Shown: positions 30,935 to 39,304, counted from the stretch's first letter. The stretch is 40,353 bases of DNA from Gemmatimonadaceae bacterium (GCA_039927015.1 JBDSVW010000213.1:1-40353), one strand, 5' to 3'. Numbers and translations: made by a program. Notes: generated by a model from the sequence alone, not told the origin.

Positions 30935-32092
30935 ATGCGCGTCCTTTTCCTCACGCATTCCTACCCCAGGGTTCCGGGAGACGCGGCCGGCAGCTTCCTG
31001 TTGCACCTGGCGGTCGCGCTGCGCGCCGAGGGCGTCGAAGTGCGCGTCGTGGCGCCCTCGGCGCCCGGCCTCCCTGCCGTGGATGTTTTCGGCGGCATTC
31101 GCGTCGATCGCTTTCGCTATGCGCCGGGCCGTCACGAGAACCTCGCCTACACGGGCGAAATGGCGCAGGAGGTGCAACGGTCGTGGAGCGCCCGCCTCGC
31201 GTTGATGGGTTTCCTGGGCGCCGAGTTCGCCCTCGCGCAGCGCATTCGGCGCGAGTTTGCACCCGCCATCGTGCATGCGCACTGGTGGTTTCCCGGTGGG
31301 CTCGTCGGTGTCGGCGTCGCGCGCGTCGCCGGCCTCCCGCTCATCACGACCATGCACGGCACCGACGTGCGGCTCGCGCGCGCGAGATCGTACGCCCGGC
31401 CCCTCTTTCGACGCGTCATGCGCGCCTCGAGCGCGGTGACGACCGTGTCGGAGTGGCTCGCGGCCGAGGTGCGCGAGATGGCGCCGGGAACCACACCACG
31501 CGTGGCGCCGATGCCCGTCTCCACGGCGCTCTTCACCCCCGGCGCGGGACGTTGCCGCGACCGGCTGCTCTTCGTGGGCCGACTCAACGCGCAAAAGGGG
31601 GTGGACCGCCTGCTCGCCGCGCTGGCGCTGATGCGGCATTCCGTCGCACTCGACATCGTGGGCGACGGCCCCGACGGCGCATCGTTGCGCCAGCGCGCCA
31701 TTGCGCTGGGGCTCGGGAGCCGGGTGACCTGGCACGGAGCGCGCTCACAACAGGATCTGCCTGCGTTCTACCAGCGGGCCAGCGCGCTCGTGGTGCCGAG
31801 CGTGGGGGAGGGCCTCGGTCTGGTGACCGTCGAAGCGCAGTTGTGCGAAACCCCCGTGGTGGCCTTTGAATCCGGTGGCATCACCGATACCATCTCTCAC
31901 GATGTCACCGGGCTGCTCGTCGCACCCGGCGACGTGCCAGCCCTCGCGGGTGCGCTGGACGCACTGTTCGATGCACCGGAACGCCGACTCGCGTTAGGGC
32001 GCGCCGGACGCGAGGCCGCGCTGGCGAGATTCGCCCCCCAGTCGGTGGCACGGGGGTACGCCTCCCTTTACCGGTCAATCGTTGCGCCGTAA
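30935..32092 (+). CDS. Family-1/GT4 (GT-B fold) glycosyltransferase
   Basis: MRVLFLTHSYP, HAHWWFPGG, and the C-terminal E-x7-E region EGLGLVTVEAQLCETPVVAFESGG. Confidence 0.82.
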   Translation: MRVLFLTHSYPRVPGDAAGSFLLHLAVALRAEGVEVRVVAPSAPGLPAVDVFGGIRVDRFRYAPGRHENLAYTGEMAQEVQRSWSARLALMGFLGAEFALAQRIRREFAPAIVHAHWWFPGGLVGVGVARVAGLPLITTMHGTDVRLARARSYARPLFRRVMRASSAVTTVSEWLAAEVREMAPGTTPRVAPMPVSTALFTPGAGRCRDRLLFVGRLNAQKGVDRLLAALALMRHSVALDIVGDGPDGASLRQRAIALGLGSRVTWHGARSQQDLPAFYQRASALVVPSVGEGLGLVTVEAQLCETPVVAFESGGITDTISHDVTGLLVAPGDVPALAGALDALFDAPERRLALGRAGREAALARFAPQSVARGYASLYRSIVAP

Positions 32093-33026
32093 GTCCACGC
32101 GCTTTCTCTTCGCCGTCCTGGCGGTCGCCGCGATCCTCTTCGCGACTCGCGAGATCTGGGGCCAGTGGCGGCGCTTTCAGGAGTCGGGCGCGAGTCTCTC
32201 GCCCCGATGGCCGCTGATCGCCGCCTCAAGTGCGGTGGTGTTTCTCGCGTACGCGATCCTGATCGAAACATGGCGCCGCACGGTCCGCGCGTGGGACAGC
32301 GAGGTGACGTGGGGAGCCGCGGCACGCATCTGGTTCATCTCCAACCTCGGACGCTATCTCCCCGGCAAGGTGTGGCAGATCGGGGCGATGGGAATTATGG
32401 CGCAACAGCGGGGCGTGTCGCCCATCGCCGCCACGGGATCTGCCATCGTCATCAACCTCGTGAACCTCCTCGCCGGCATCGGGCTCACGCTGGCGGCGGG
32501 CGCCGAATACTTCGACCAGCGAGGCGCGGCCATCGTGCTGGCCATTGTCCTGCTCGCGGCGCTCGCGCTCGCCCCCCGGCTGCTGCCGCCGCTCGCACGA
32601 CTCCTCGGCGCGGTCACTCGCCGTCGTCTGGAGGTGCCGCGACTGCCGGACAGCGCCATCTGGATTGCCGCACTGGGCTGCCTCGCGGCGTGGCTGCTCT
32701 ACGGCGTCGCCTTCCAGATGTTCGTCGCCGGCGTGATCGGACACGCCCCTGGTCCCACATCATCCTACGTCGCCGCCTTCACGGGATCGTATCTGGCTGG
32801 CTACATTGCCGTGTTTGCACCGGGAGGCCTTGGCGTCCGCGAACCGGCCCTCATCGCCGCGCTGGGCCGTCTGGGCCTCACCGCTGGCGGGGAAGCGGGC
32901 ATCGTGACGCTAACTTCAAGGCTCTGGCTTACTGTGCTCGAATTGCTGCCCGGGCTGCTGCTGCTCGCCGCTGACACTCTCCGGAAACGAGAACCCTTGC
33001 CGAACGACCATGCCCCGAACGCCTGA
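32082..33026 (+). CDS. UPF0104 / lysylphosphatidylglycerol-synthase-TM-like (flippase-like) polytopic membrane protein
   Basis: TTG start overlapping the GT4 stop by 11 nt. ~8 TM segments. ISNLGRYLPGKVWQIGAMG and YIAVFAPGGLGVREP resemble the family signature as I recall it. Confidence 0.62.
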   Translation: MRRKSTRFLFAVLAVAAILFATREIWGQWRRFQESGASLSPRWPLIAASSAVVFLAYAILIETWRRTVRAWDSEVTWGAAARIWFISNLGRYLPGKVWQIGAMGIMAQQRGVSPIAATGSAIVINLVNLLAGIGLTLAAGAEYFDQRGAAIVLAIVLLAALALAPRLLPPLARLLGAVTRRRLEVPRLPDSAIWIAALGCLAAWLLYGVAFQMFVAGVIGHAPGPTSSYVAAFTGSYLAGYIAVFAPGGLGVREPALIAALGRLGLTAGGEAGIVTLTSRLWLTVLELLPGLLLLAADTLRKREPLPNDHAPNA

Positions 33027-35421
33027 CGTCGCCGCGCCCGCCAGCACGGCGACCGCGACTGCCAGCGCCCCCCGGCTCGCCGTACTGTGGGCCGCGCTCG
33101 CCTATGCGTTCAGCACGCTCGCGCTGGGCTTTCCCGCGTTGGCGGGGATGTTCCTCGTTAACCCCCGGTCTGACCAGTACATCGCCGGTTACGCGTTCCG
33201 CGACTTCGCCGCGCGCTACTTCCGCGAGCACGGCGCCATTCCCCAATGGAACCCCTACCTGTTTGGGGGCATGCCGTTCGTGGATGCCATGCACGGCGAC
33301 ACGTTCTATCCCACGGCACTGCTTCGGGCGCTGCTTGGCACCGACGTTGGCATGACGTGGGGATTCATGGTGCACGTCTTCCTCGCCGGACTCTTTTCGT
33401 ATCTGTTCCTCCGCTCCATCGGGCTGTCGTTTTTCGCCTCCCTGGTAGGCGGTGTGGCATATCAGATGGGAGGCAACGTGGCCGGGCTTGTGTCGCCCGG
33501 CCACGACGGAAAGCTGTTCATCGCCGCCCTGCTGCCGCTGGCACTCCTGCTCGTCGTACGGGGTGTGCGGGACGGGAAGCGTTTTTCGTGGGGTGTGTTG
33601 GCCATCGTCATCGGCCTCGCCGTGCTTTCGCCTCACCCCCAACTGCTGCAGTACATGCTGCTGATGACGGGCGCGTTCGCCCTGTTCATGGCGATGGGAT
33701 GGGGTAGTGACGAACTCCTCCCGCGGCGCAGGGGCATGACGCGGCTCGCCTTCGCGCTCGGCAGCGTCGGGCTGGGCATGGTGATGGGCGCCATTCAGTA
33801 CTGGCCGGTCAAGACGTACGAACCCTTCTCGCCCCGCGCGGGAGGAAAGGACTGGGCACACGCCATTTCGTACTCGATGCCGCCCGAAGAGACCCTCAAC
33901 TTCGCGGTGCCGCAGTTTTCAGGAATCCTCGATTCCTACTGGGGACAGAACGGCATCCATTTCCACGCCGACTACGTCGGCATCACGACGCTCATGCTCG
34001 CGGGGCTCGCATTCGGCGCGTGGGCGCTGGGCTCGCAGAAGCGGCTCGTCCGATTCTGGCTCGTCTCCTTCATCATCTCCCTGCTCTGGGCAATGGGAGG
34101 ATTCACGCCGTTCTATGCACTGGTGTACGCGGTCGTCCCGGGCACGAAATATTTCCGTGCGCCGAGCACCATGCTGTACGTGGTGTCGTTCTGTCTCGCA
34201 GTGCTGGCCGCGTTTGGCGCGGAGCGCGCGCTTCGCGGCGGTGTTCGCCCGCGTTACGTGATCGGCTGGGGAATCGCGGCGCTGCTCATCGGACTGCTCG
34301 GCGCCACTGGCATGCTCACGAACCTGGCGGTGGCGCTCGCGCTGCCGGAGCGTCTCGACGCGGTGATGGCGAACGACGGCGCCCTCAAGGTCGGGGCGCT
34401 GCGATCGATGGTCTTCGCGTTGCTGCTCCTGGCCGCGCTCTGGATGATTTCGGCTCGCCGTCTCTCACGGGACCTCTCCGGTATCCTGCTCGCCCTCGTC
34501 GTCGCCACCGACCTGTGGACCGTCCTGCGCTCCTACTGGATCTTCATGGAGCCCGCGTCCGTATCGTTCGCAAGCAACCCGGTCATCGACTACCTCAAGC
34601 AACAGCCGCAACCGTTTCGCGTCCTACCGAACCAGACGGCCCCGAGTGAGGTGTGGCGCGATCCGACGCTGCGCTACGATGGTCTCATGGTGCACGACAT
34701 TGCGCAGGTGCTGGGTTACCACGGCAACCAGCTCTCCAGCTACGACCGGCTGGCCGGAAGTGAGGAAGGCTATCGCCAGCTGGGGAACCCGAACTTCTGG
34801 CGGCTCGCGAACATGCGGTACATCCTGACGAATTCCCCGGACAGCATGGGTATTCCTGGACTGCGCACCGTGGCCGGCCCGGCCAAAGATGCGGCGGGCA
34901 ACGATCTGTACCTCCATCAGCTCCCGGTGGAGACGCACTATGCATGGGTTACGCCCGTGATCGTGAAAGCGGATGAGGCCTCAATTCTCAACACCGTGCT
35001 GGACTCGCGCTTCGATGTCACGCGTGCGGCGCTGTTCGATTCGTCGGTGCAGGTAGAGGGCAAGAGCGTGCAGGCGCTTCCTCCACCACTCGACATCTCG
35101 GCCAACGTCACCTCCTACCAAGCGGGCAAGGTCTCTATCTCCCTCGACAAGCCAGCGCCCGAGGGGTCGGCTCTCATGGTCTCCGAGAACTGGTATCCCG
35201 GCTGGACCGCCACCGTGGACGGAGCGCCGGCCGTGCTGGGCAAGGCTGATGTCACCTTCATTGGCGTGGCGCTCCCCGCTGGCGCCCGCAAGATCGAGCT
35301 GACATTCGAGAGCGTGTCGTACGAGACAGGGAAGCGCGTGACGATCTTCGCCATACTGCTGGCGCTGCTCGCGACCGCCGCGGGCTACCTCGTCGACCGG
35401 AGACGCATCACCAGTGTCTGA
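33010..35421 (+). CDS. YfhO-family large membrane protein (putative GT-C fold extracytoplasmic glycosyltransferase)
   Basis: 803 aa. N-terminal region FRDFAARYFREHGAIPQWNPYLFGGMPFVDAMHGDTFYP. More than 10 TM helices, then a ~270 aa soluble domain and a final C-terminal TM helix (VTIFAILLALLATAAGYL). It overlaps the upstream gene by 17 nt. Confidence 0.65.
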   Translation: MPRTPDVAAPASTATATASAPRLAVLWAALAYAFSTLALGFPALAGMFLVNPRSDQYIAGYAFRDFAARYFREHGAIPQWNPYLFGGMPFVDAMHGDTFYPTALLRALLGTDVGMTWGFMVHVFLAGLFSYLFLRSIGLSFFASLVGGVAYQMGGNVAGLVSPGHDGKLFIAALLPLALLLVVRGVRDGKRFSWGVLAIVIGLAVLSPHPQLLQYMLLMTGAFALFMAMGWGSDELLPRRRGMTRLAFALGSVGLGMVMGAIQYWPVKTYEPFSPRAGGKDWAHAISYSMPPEETLNFAVPQFSGILDSYWGQNGIHFHADYVGITTLMLAGLAFGAWALGSQKRLVRFWLVSFIISLLWAMGGFTPFYALVYAVVPGTKYFRAPSTMLYVVSFCLAVLAAFGAERALRGGVRPRYVIGWGIAALLIGLLGATGMLTNLAVALALPERLDAVMANDGALKVGALRSMVFALLLLAALWMISARRLSRDLSGILLALVVATDLWTVLRSYWIFMEPASVSFASNPVIDYLKQQPQPFRVLPNQTAPSEVWRDPTLRYDGLMVHDIAQVLGYHGNQLSSYDRLAGSEEGYRQLGNPNFWRLANMRYILTNSPDSMGIPGLRTVAGPAKDAAGNDLYLHQLPVETHYAWVTPVIVKADEASILNTVLDSRFDVTRAALFDSSVQVEGKSVQALPPPLDISANVTSYQAGKVSISLDKPAPEGSALMVSENWYPGWTATVDGAPAVLGKADVTFIGVALPAGARKIELTFESVSYETGKRVTIFAILLALLATAAGYLVDRRRITSV

Positions 35422-36136
35422 CAAGGTTCTGGTGATCGTGCCGACCTACAATGAGCGGGAGAACATTCTCCGGCTCATTGATGCTGTGCTCAGCCAGGAT
35501 GCCCGGATCGACGTCCTCGTGGTCGACGATGGCTCTCCGGATGGCACCGGCGCCCTCGTGGACGAGCGAGCCGCAGTCGATACGCGCGTCAACGTGCTCC
35601 ACCGGGCGAAGAAGATGGGACTCGGCACCGCGTACCTCGCCGGTTTCGCATGGGCGCTCGCCCGCGACTACGAGCTGGTGTTCGAGATGGACGCCGACTT
35701 CTCCCACGACCCGTCGCATCTTCCGCAATTCCTGGAAAGCGCCGTCGAGGCCGATGTGGTGCTGGGCTCGAGGTATCGCGACGGAAAGGTGACCGTCGTC
35801 AACTGGCCGATCAGCCGGCTGATTCTCAGCTACTCGGCGAACATCTATGCTCGTTTCGTGACCGGCCTGCCCCTGTACGATGCCACCGGCGGCTTTAAGT
35901 GCTTCCATCGGAAAGTACTTGAGGCGATCAACCTAAAGAGCGTTCGTTCAAACGGTTACGCCTTCCAGATTGAGATGAGTTTTCGCGCCTGGCGGCGTGG
36001 ATTCCGCATCGTGGAGATTCCGATTGTCTTCGTGGACCGAACCGAGGGGCAGAGCAAGATGTCCAGGCGCATCGTGCGCGAGGCGATCTGGATGGTGTGG
36101 CGCCTGCGGTGGTGGGCCATGACCGGACGCCTGTAG
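35414..36136 (+). CDS. Soluble family-2 glycosyltransferase, polyprenol-phosphate mannose synthase (Ppm1/DPM1)-like
   Basis: VLVIVPTYNERENI, VVDDGSPDGT, EMDADFSHDP, GGFKCF, YAFQIEM. No TM helices. The GTG start overlaps the YfhO stop by 8 nt. Confidence 0.8.
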   Translation: MSDKVLVIVPTYNERENILRLIDAVLSQDARIDVLVVDDGSPDGTGALVDERAAVDTRVNVLHRAKKMGLGTAYLAGFAWALARDYELVFEMDADFSHDPSHLPQFLESAVEADVVLGSRYRDGKVTVVNWPISRLILSYSANIYARFVTGLPLYDATGGFKCFHRKVLEAINLKSVRSNGYAFQIEMSFRAWRRGFRIVEIPIVFVDRTEGQSKMSRRIVREAIWMVWRLRWWAMTGRL

Positions 36137-36137
36137 C

Positions 36138-36956
36138 ATGGCGGGCCGGCGATTCTGGAAGATGAGCGGCTCGGGCAACGACTTCGTGGTCTTCAACGCC
36201 CTCGAGCAACCGCCCGGGGAGCTCGCCAGCCCGGCGTCGATCGCGGCGATGTGCGAGCGGCGTACCGGCATCGGCGCGGATGGTGTCGTCTTTCTCGAGC
36301 CATTCCCCGGACTTCCGTTCGTCATGCGGTATTACAACCGCGACGGTACCCTGGCCGAGATGTGCGGCAACGCCGCGCTCTGCACGACGCGACTGGCGCG
36401 CGAGCTGGGACTCGTCGCCGGCGAACGCTTCTCGTTCGAGACCGTGTCGGGCCCGGTGGCGGCACGCTTCGTCGGCGATGTCCCCGAGATCGACATGGTG
36501 CCGGTCACTGAGCTGCAGGTCGCCATGGACCTCCCGCTCGCCAGCGGTGAGCGGCGCATCGGTTACGCCCGCGTCGGCGTGCCGCACCTGGTGATCCTGG
36601 TGGATGACATTGCGGCCGCGCCCGTATTCGAGCGGGGACGGGAACTGCGTTACCACGCCTCGCTTCGCGACGGCGCGAACGTGAATTTCGTTGGTCGGCG
36701 CGCGGACGGCGGATGGTCGGTGCGCACGTATGAGCGGGGCGTGGAAGAGGAAACCCTGGCGTGCGGCACCGGCTCCGTGGCGACCGTCGCATTGCTGTAC
36801 GCGTGGGGCGAGACGGGCGACCGATTGAGCCTCCAGACGCGCTCCGGTTGCGCCCTCACGGCCTCCGTGCCGGGTCTGGACGGATCTCGCCCCCCTACGT
36901 TGGGTGGCGAGGGTCGCATCGTCTTCGAGGGCACGCTCGGCGACTTCGTCCGCTGA
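36138..36956 (+). CDS. dapF: Diaminopimelate epimerase
   Basis: KMSGSGNDFVVF. The two catalytic Cys contexts are MCGNAALC and LACGTGSVA. It starts 1 nt after the preceding stop. Confidence 0.92.
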   Translation: MAGRRFWKMSGSGNDFVVFNALEQPPGELASPASIAAMCERRTGIGADGVVFLEPFPGLPFVMRYYNRDGTLAEMCGNAALCTTRLARELGLVAGERFSFETVSGPVAARFVGDVPEIDMVPVTELQVAMDLPLASGERRIGYARVGVPHLVILVDDIAAAPVFERGRELRYHASLRDGANVNFVGRRADGGWSVRTYERGVEEETLACGTGSVATVALLYAWGETGDRLSLQTRSGCALTASVPGLDGSRPPTLGGEGRIVFEGTLGDFVR

Positions 36957-37912
36957 GCTGCTGTTCCCGCCGCCGCGAATCGCACTCGACAACCGTCTCG
37001 ATGCCACGCGCCCGCCCTGATCTTCGCCGATTGCCGCGCGACCTTGGCACGGGCTGACTAGACGGCGACACCTGCGCGCGTTCCGTCTACAAAAAATCGG
37101 ACTCGACGAGACGCGCGGCCAAGGAGCTGCGCTGAGGCCCTGAGCCCCTTGTTCGTCGCCAACAGGGCCGGGAAAGCCACCCCGAGCCCGTTTGGGCCAG
37201 TCAGAGCGCCTCTTGCGGCGCCTCAGGGCTCACCAGAAGCGCCGTCCGGGCTGAGAAACTCGTTTAAGCGCGCGCCTCGGGTTGCTTCCAGCCACTGTCG
37301 CAATAGCAGGCGCTGGCTCAGTGAGGAACGCTGTCGCGTTCCGTCCACCCGGTCGGCTGTTCGCCAGCTCCCAGGCGGCCGCGGCCACAACGCGACGAGA
37401 CGGAGGATGGGGGCATCAGTTGGCCATCTAACTCCAGCGGTCTCCACCATATACGTGCTTGGGAGGACAGTCGGGTTCTCCACACTTTCCCACGTTCAAA
37501 GTTTACATAACACATATTATACGCAGTTGTTTTCAGGAGAGCTCGACCTCCGAATCCAGGCGGCTCATCCCGTCACTTGGGCGGCACTCCTGAAACAGCA
37601 CTGCCTCGCTGTCGGTCGGTCGGCGCTCCATTCATGGTTCGCCTCGTGGCGACGCGCGGATACGGAGCCATCGCAGCGCGCGCACAGGATGCTGCTGAAT
37701 TTTTGGAGGAGTGCGAGCTCGAATTGCGGCACCGAGTGACGACGGGCGAGGAGCTCGACGGAGTGACCGCTGTCCTGCGCCGCGGACAGAGCCTACGGCG
37801 ACCGAGCGACCCACTTTGGCAACTGGCACTTGGCTGGTCGCGCCGGCCGCCACGCCGGCCGCCACGCGACGCGCTTCAGGCGATTACGCTCCGGGGGCCG
37901 CCAATAGCGACC

Positions 37913-37942
37913 GGCCCCGACGGCAAACGGCCGGTCGGGGCC
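37913..37942 (-). terminator. Possible terminator hairpin downstream of the TPR gene
   Basis: GGCCCCGAC-N12-GTCGGGGCC, a 9-bp GC stem located 21 nt past the TAG of the minus-strand gene. No clear U-tract. Confidence 0.35.
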
Positions 37943-37962
37943 GCCTGATTCGCGAACGGGCG

Positions 37963-38622
37963 CTACTTCTGCGCCACCGGCACCGCGCTCAGTTCACCCA
38001 CACGAAGCTTCGCTTCCGCGTTCAACGCCGACGCAGGATTCTCCGCGATGGCGGTCCAGATCTTCAGCGCCTCGTCGGTCTTGCCGCCCATCGCGTAGGC
38101 GCGCGCCGCATCGGACTTGAAGCTCTCGCGTTCAGACGGAAGTTGGGTGGCGTCGGCCGCCTTCAGGTACTCGGCGGCCGCTTCCAGTGGCTTGCCCGAC
38201 TGCTCGAGGGCGCCCCCGCGCAGCGCATGCAGCGAGGACTGCTGCGGTCCGGCAGATCCGACCTCGTCGAGCTCCTTCAACGCCTCGGCGACCTTCCCCT
38301 GCTGGAGGTACACCTGCGCGAGCAGCAAGCGTGCCTGCACACCGGACGGTGTCGATCCGTATCGCTGCACGATCTTCGACAGATCGGCGGCGGCGAGCGG
38401 CAAGTTGCCGGAGGCAACGCTGCGCTGTGCTTCGGAGAGCGCGCGCCCGGCGCTCTCCGCCTTCTTCGCGTTCGACGAAGACACCAGCCACGCGCCAGCA
38501 ACCGCCACCGCGACGACGATGGCACCGATGCCCACCTGTCGTGAGTGCGTGCGCACCCAGTCCATCATCGACTCCGCCGAGTCATCGAGCTGCGGCCGCG
38601 CCGCTTCACCTGTTTTGGTCAT
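37963..38622 (-). CDS. Single-pass membrane-anchored tetratricopeptide-like protein (YfgM-like architecture)
   Basis: Short cytoplasmic N-terminus and one TM helix (VGIGAIVVAVAVAGAWLV). Then Ala/Leu-rich TPR-like helices (ARLLLAQVYLQQGKVAEALKELD, AAAEYLKAA, ARAYAMGGKTDEALKIW). High GC3. It is the only credible minus-strand CDS in the central region. Confidence 0.75.
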   Translation of the reverse strand: MTKTGEAARPQLDDSAESMMDWVRTHSRQVGIGAIVVAVAVAGAWLVSSSNAKKAESAGRALSEAQRSVASGNLPLAAADLSKIVQRYGSTPSGVQARLLLAQVYLQQGKVAEALKELDEVGSAGPQQSSLHALRGGALEQSGKPLEAAAEYLKAADATQLPSERESFKSDAARAYAMGGKTDEALKIWTAIAENPASALNAEAKLRVGELSAVPVAQK

Positions 38623-38819
38623 GTGTTGTCAGGCATTCCCTGCACCTGGATCATCGATCCATGGTGCTGTGTCTCGTTATGAATTGCGATCTCTTCGGAA
38701 CAAGCAGAAGATCGGAATGAGTTAAAGATGCGTAGCGCACCGCTTGGTTGGTAGTGCGGCCTTGTTCTCGTGGTGCAACGCACTATCCTTCCGTTGCCCC
38801 TCACCCTCAACCACTTACC

Positions 38820-39239
38820 ATGATTAGGCGCAAAGGGATTTCACGGATCGACCAGCCGGAAAAGCACAACCACGGCTGGCTTGTTCAGGTCACTTTCGAG
38901 GGAGAAACGCACCGGAAGTGGTTCTCGGACAACAAGCATGGCGGGAAAAAGAAGGCGTTCGCCCAGGCCGTAATCTGGCGTGACAAGACCGAAAAAGCGC
39001 TGGGCAAGCCGCAAACGGGTCGTGTGGTCGTTCGTTCGCGTCGCAACAAGTATGGCGTGACGGGCGTACAGTGGGATAAGCGTCATCAGGCATTCATCGT
39101 CTCCATCAATCCCGAACCGGGGAAGCAGAAGCGCTACTACGTGCCCGCCAAGGGACGGAAGAAGGCGGAAGCGCTCGAAGAGGCGAAGAAGTTGCGGCTG
39201 AAGCTGGAGAAGGAGATCTACGCGAAAAAGGGCGCCTAG
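38820..39239 (+). CDS. Small basic protein with two AP2/integrase-type DNA-binding-like repeats
   Basis: 139 aa from ATG 38820. GISRIDQPEKHNHGWLVQVTFEGETHRKWFSDNKHGGKKKAFAQAVIWRDK and YGVTGVQWDKRHQAFIVSINPEPGKQKRYYVPAKGRKKAEALEEAKKLR resemble bacterial AP2-domain proteins (three-strand sheet plus helix). Lys-rich and visibly lower GC than its neighbours. A strong terminator follows. No Shine-Dalgarno sequence upstream. Confidence 0.6.
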   Translation: MIRRKGISRIDQPEKHNHGWLVQVTFEGETHRKWFSDNKHGGKKKAFAQAVIWRDKTEKALGKPQTGRVVVRSRRNKYGVTGVQWDKRHQAFIVSINPEPGKQKRYYVPAKGRKKAEALEEAKKLRLKLEKEIYAKKGA

Positions 39240-39262
39240 AGACATCGCCGCTTCGCAGGAGT

Positions 39263-39304
39263 GAGAAGGGCCCCGCTCGCATCGCGCGAGATGGGCCCTT
39301 TCTC
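39263..39304 (+). terminator. Rho-independent terminator of the AP2-like gene
   Basis: GAGAAGGGCCCC...GGGCCCTTTCTC long GC stem beginning 24 nt after the TAG. The 3' arm and its flank are T-rich (CCCTTTCTCATG). Confidence 0.7.

Noticed and set aside
37045-37060. A sigma-54 -24-like element TTGGCACG (37044-37051), given that rpoN is nearby. A second TGGCAC lies at 37824-37829.
   Set aside because: The -12 GC dinucleotide is missing at the required GG-N10-GC spacing in both cases, and no downstream gene follows in the appropriate orientation.
37059-37096. The hairpin TAGACGG-N17-CCGTCTA followed by A6, considered as the dapF terminator.
   Set aside because: On the plus strand the stem is followed by an A-run, not a U-run. 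On the minus strand the T-run precedes the stem. It therefore fits an intrinsic terminator in neither direction and is kept only as a structural element of the gap.
37380-37450. A tmRNA-like 3' end (GCGGTCTCCACCA at 37437-37449) together with GGACTCGACG (37099-37108), which resembles the tmRNA 5' GGAUUCGACG box ~350 nt upstream.
   Set aside because: No T-arm (GGxTTCGAxTCC) precedes the CCA-like end. No 5' strand complementary to GGTCTCC occurs near 37090. No recognisable tag ORF is present. Probably coincidence, but a covariance-model scan should still be run.
37240-37485. RNase P RNA-like fragments: GTCCGGGCT at ~37244, and AGAACCCGAC on the minus strand at ~37466-37476.
   Set aside because: The two pieces are not mutually complementary as P4 requires. 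They are in the wrong order for either strand. The other universal blocks (GAGGAAAG, GGTAA...GTGAAA) are absent.
37149-37948. Track ORFs inside the 1-kb gap considered as real genes: 37149-37739 (196 aa), 37577-37948 (123 aa, internal ATG 37634), 37223-37483 minus (86 aa) and 37318-37515 minus (65 aa).
   Set aside because: Third-position G/C is only about 65-70% by eye, against about 90% in neighbouring genes. Their composition is W/R/S/P-rich, they lack Shine-Dalgarno sequences and motifs, and they overlap each other. Not excluded absolutely: 37634-37948 is the least bad candidate.
38748-38819. TTG 38748 as the start of the AP2-like gene (24 extra residues, MVVRPCSRGATHYPSVAPHPQPLT).
   Set aside because: The extension has no resemblance to the repeat architecture and would overlap the candidate promoter (TTGTTC-N16-TATCCT at 38762-38789). 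ATG 38820 is preferred, although neither start has a Shine-Dalgarno sequence.
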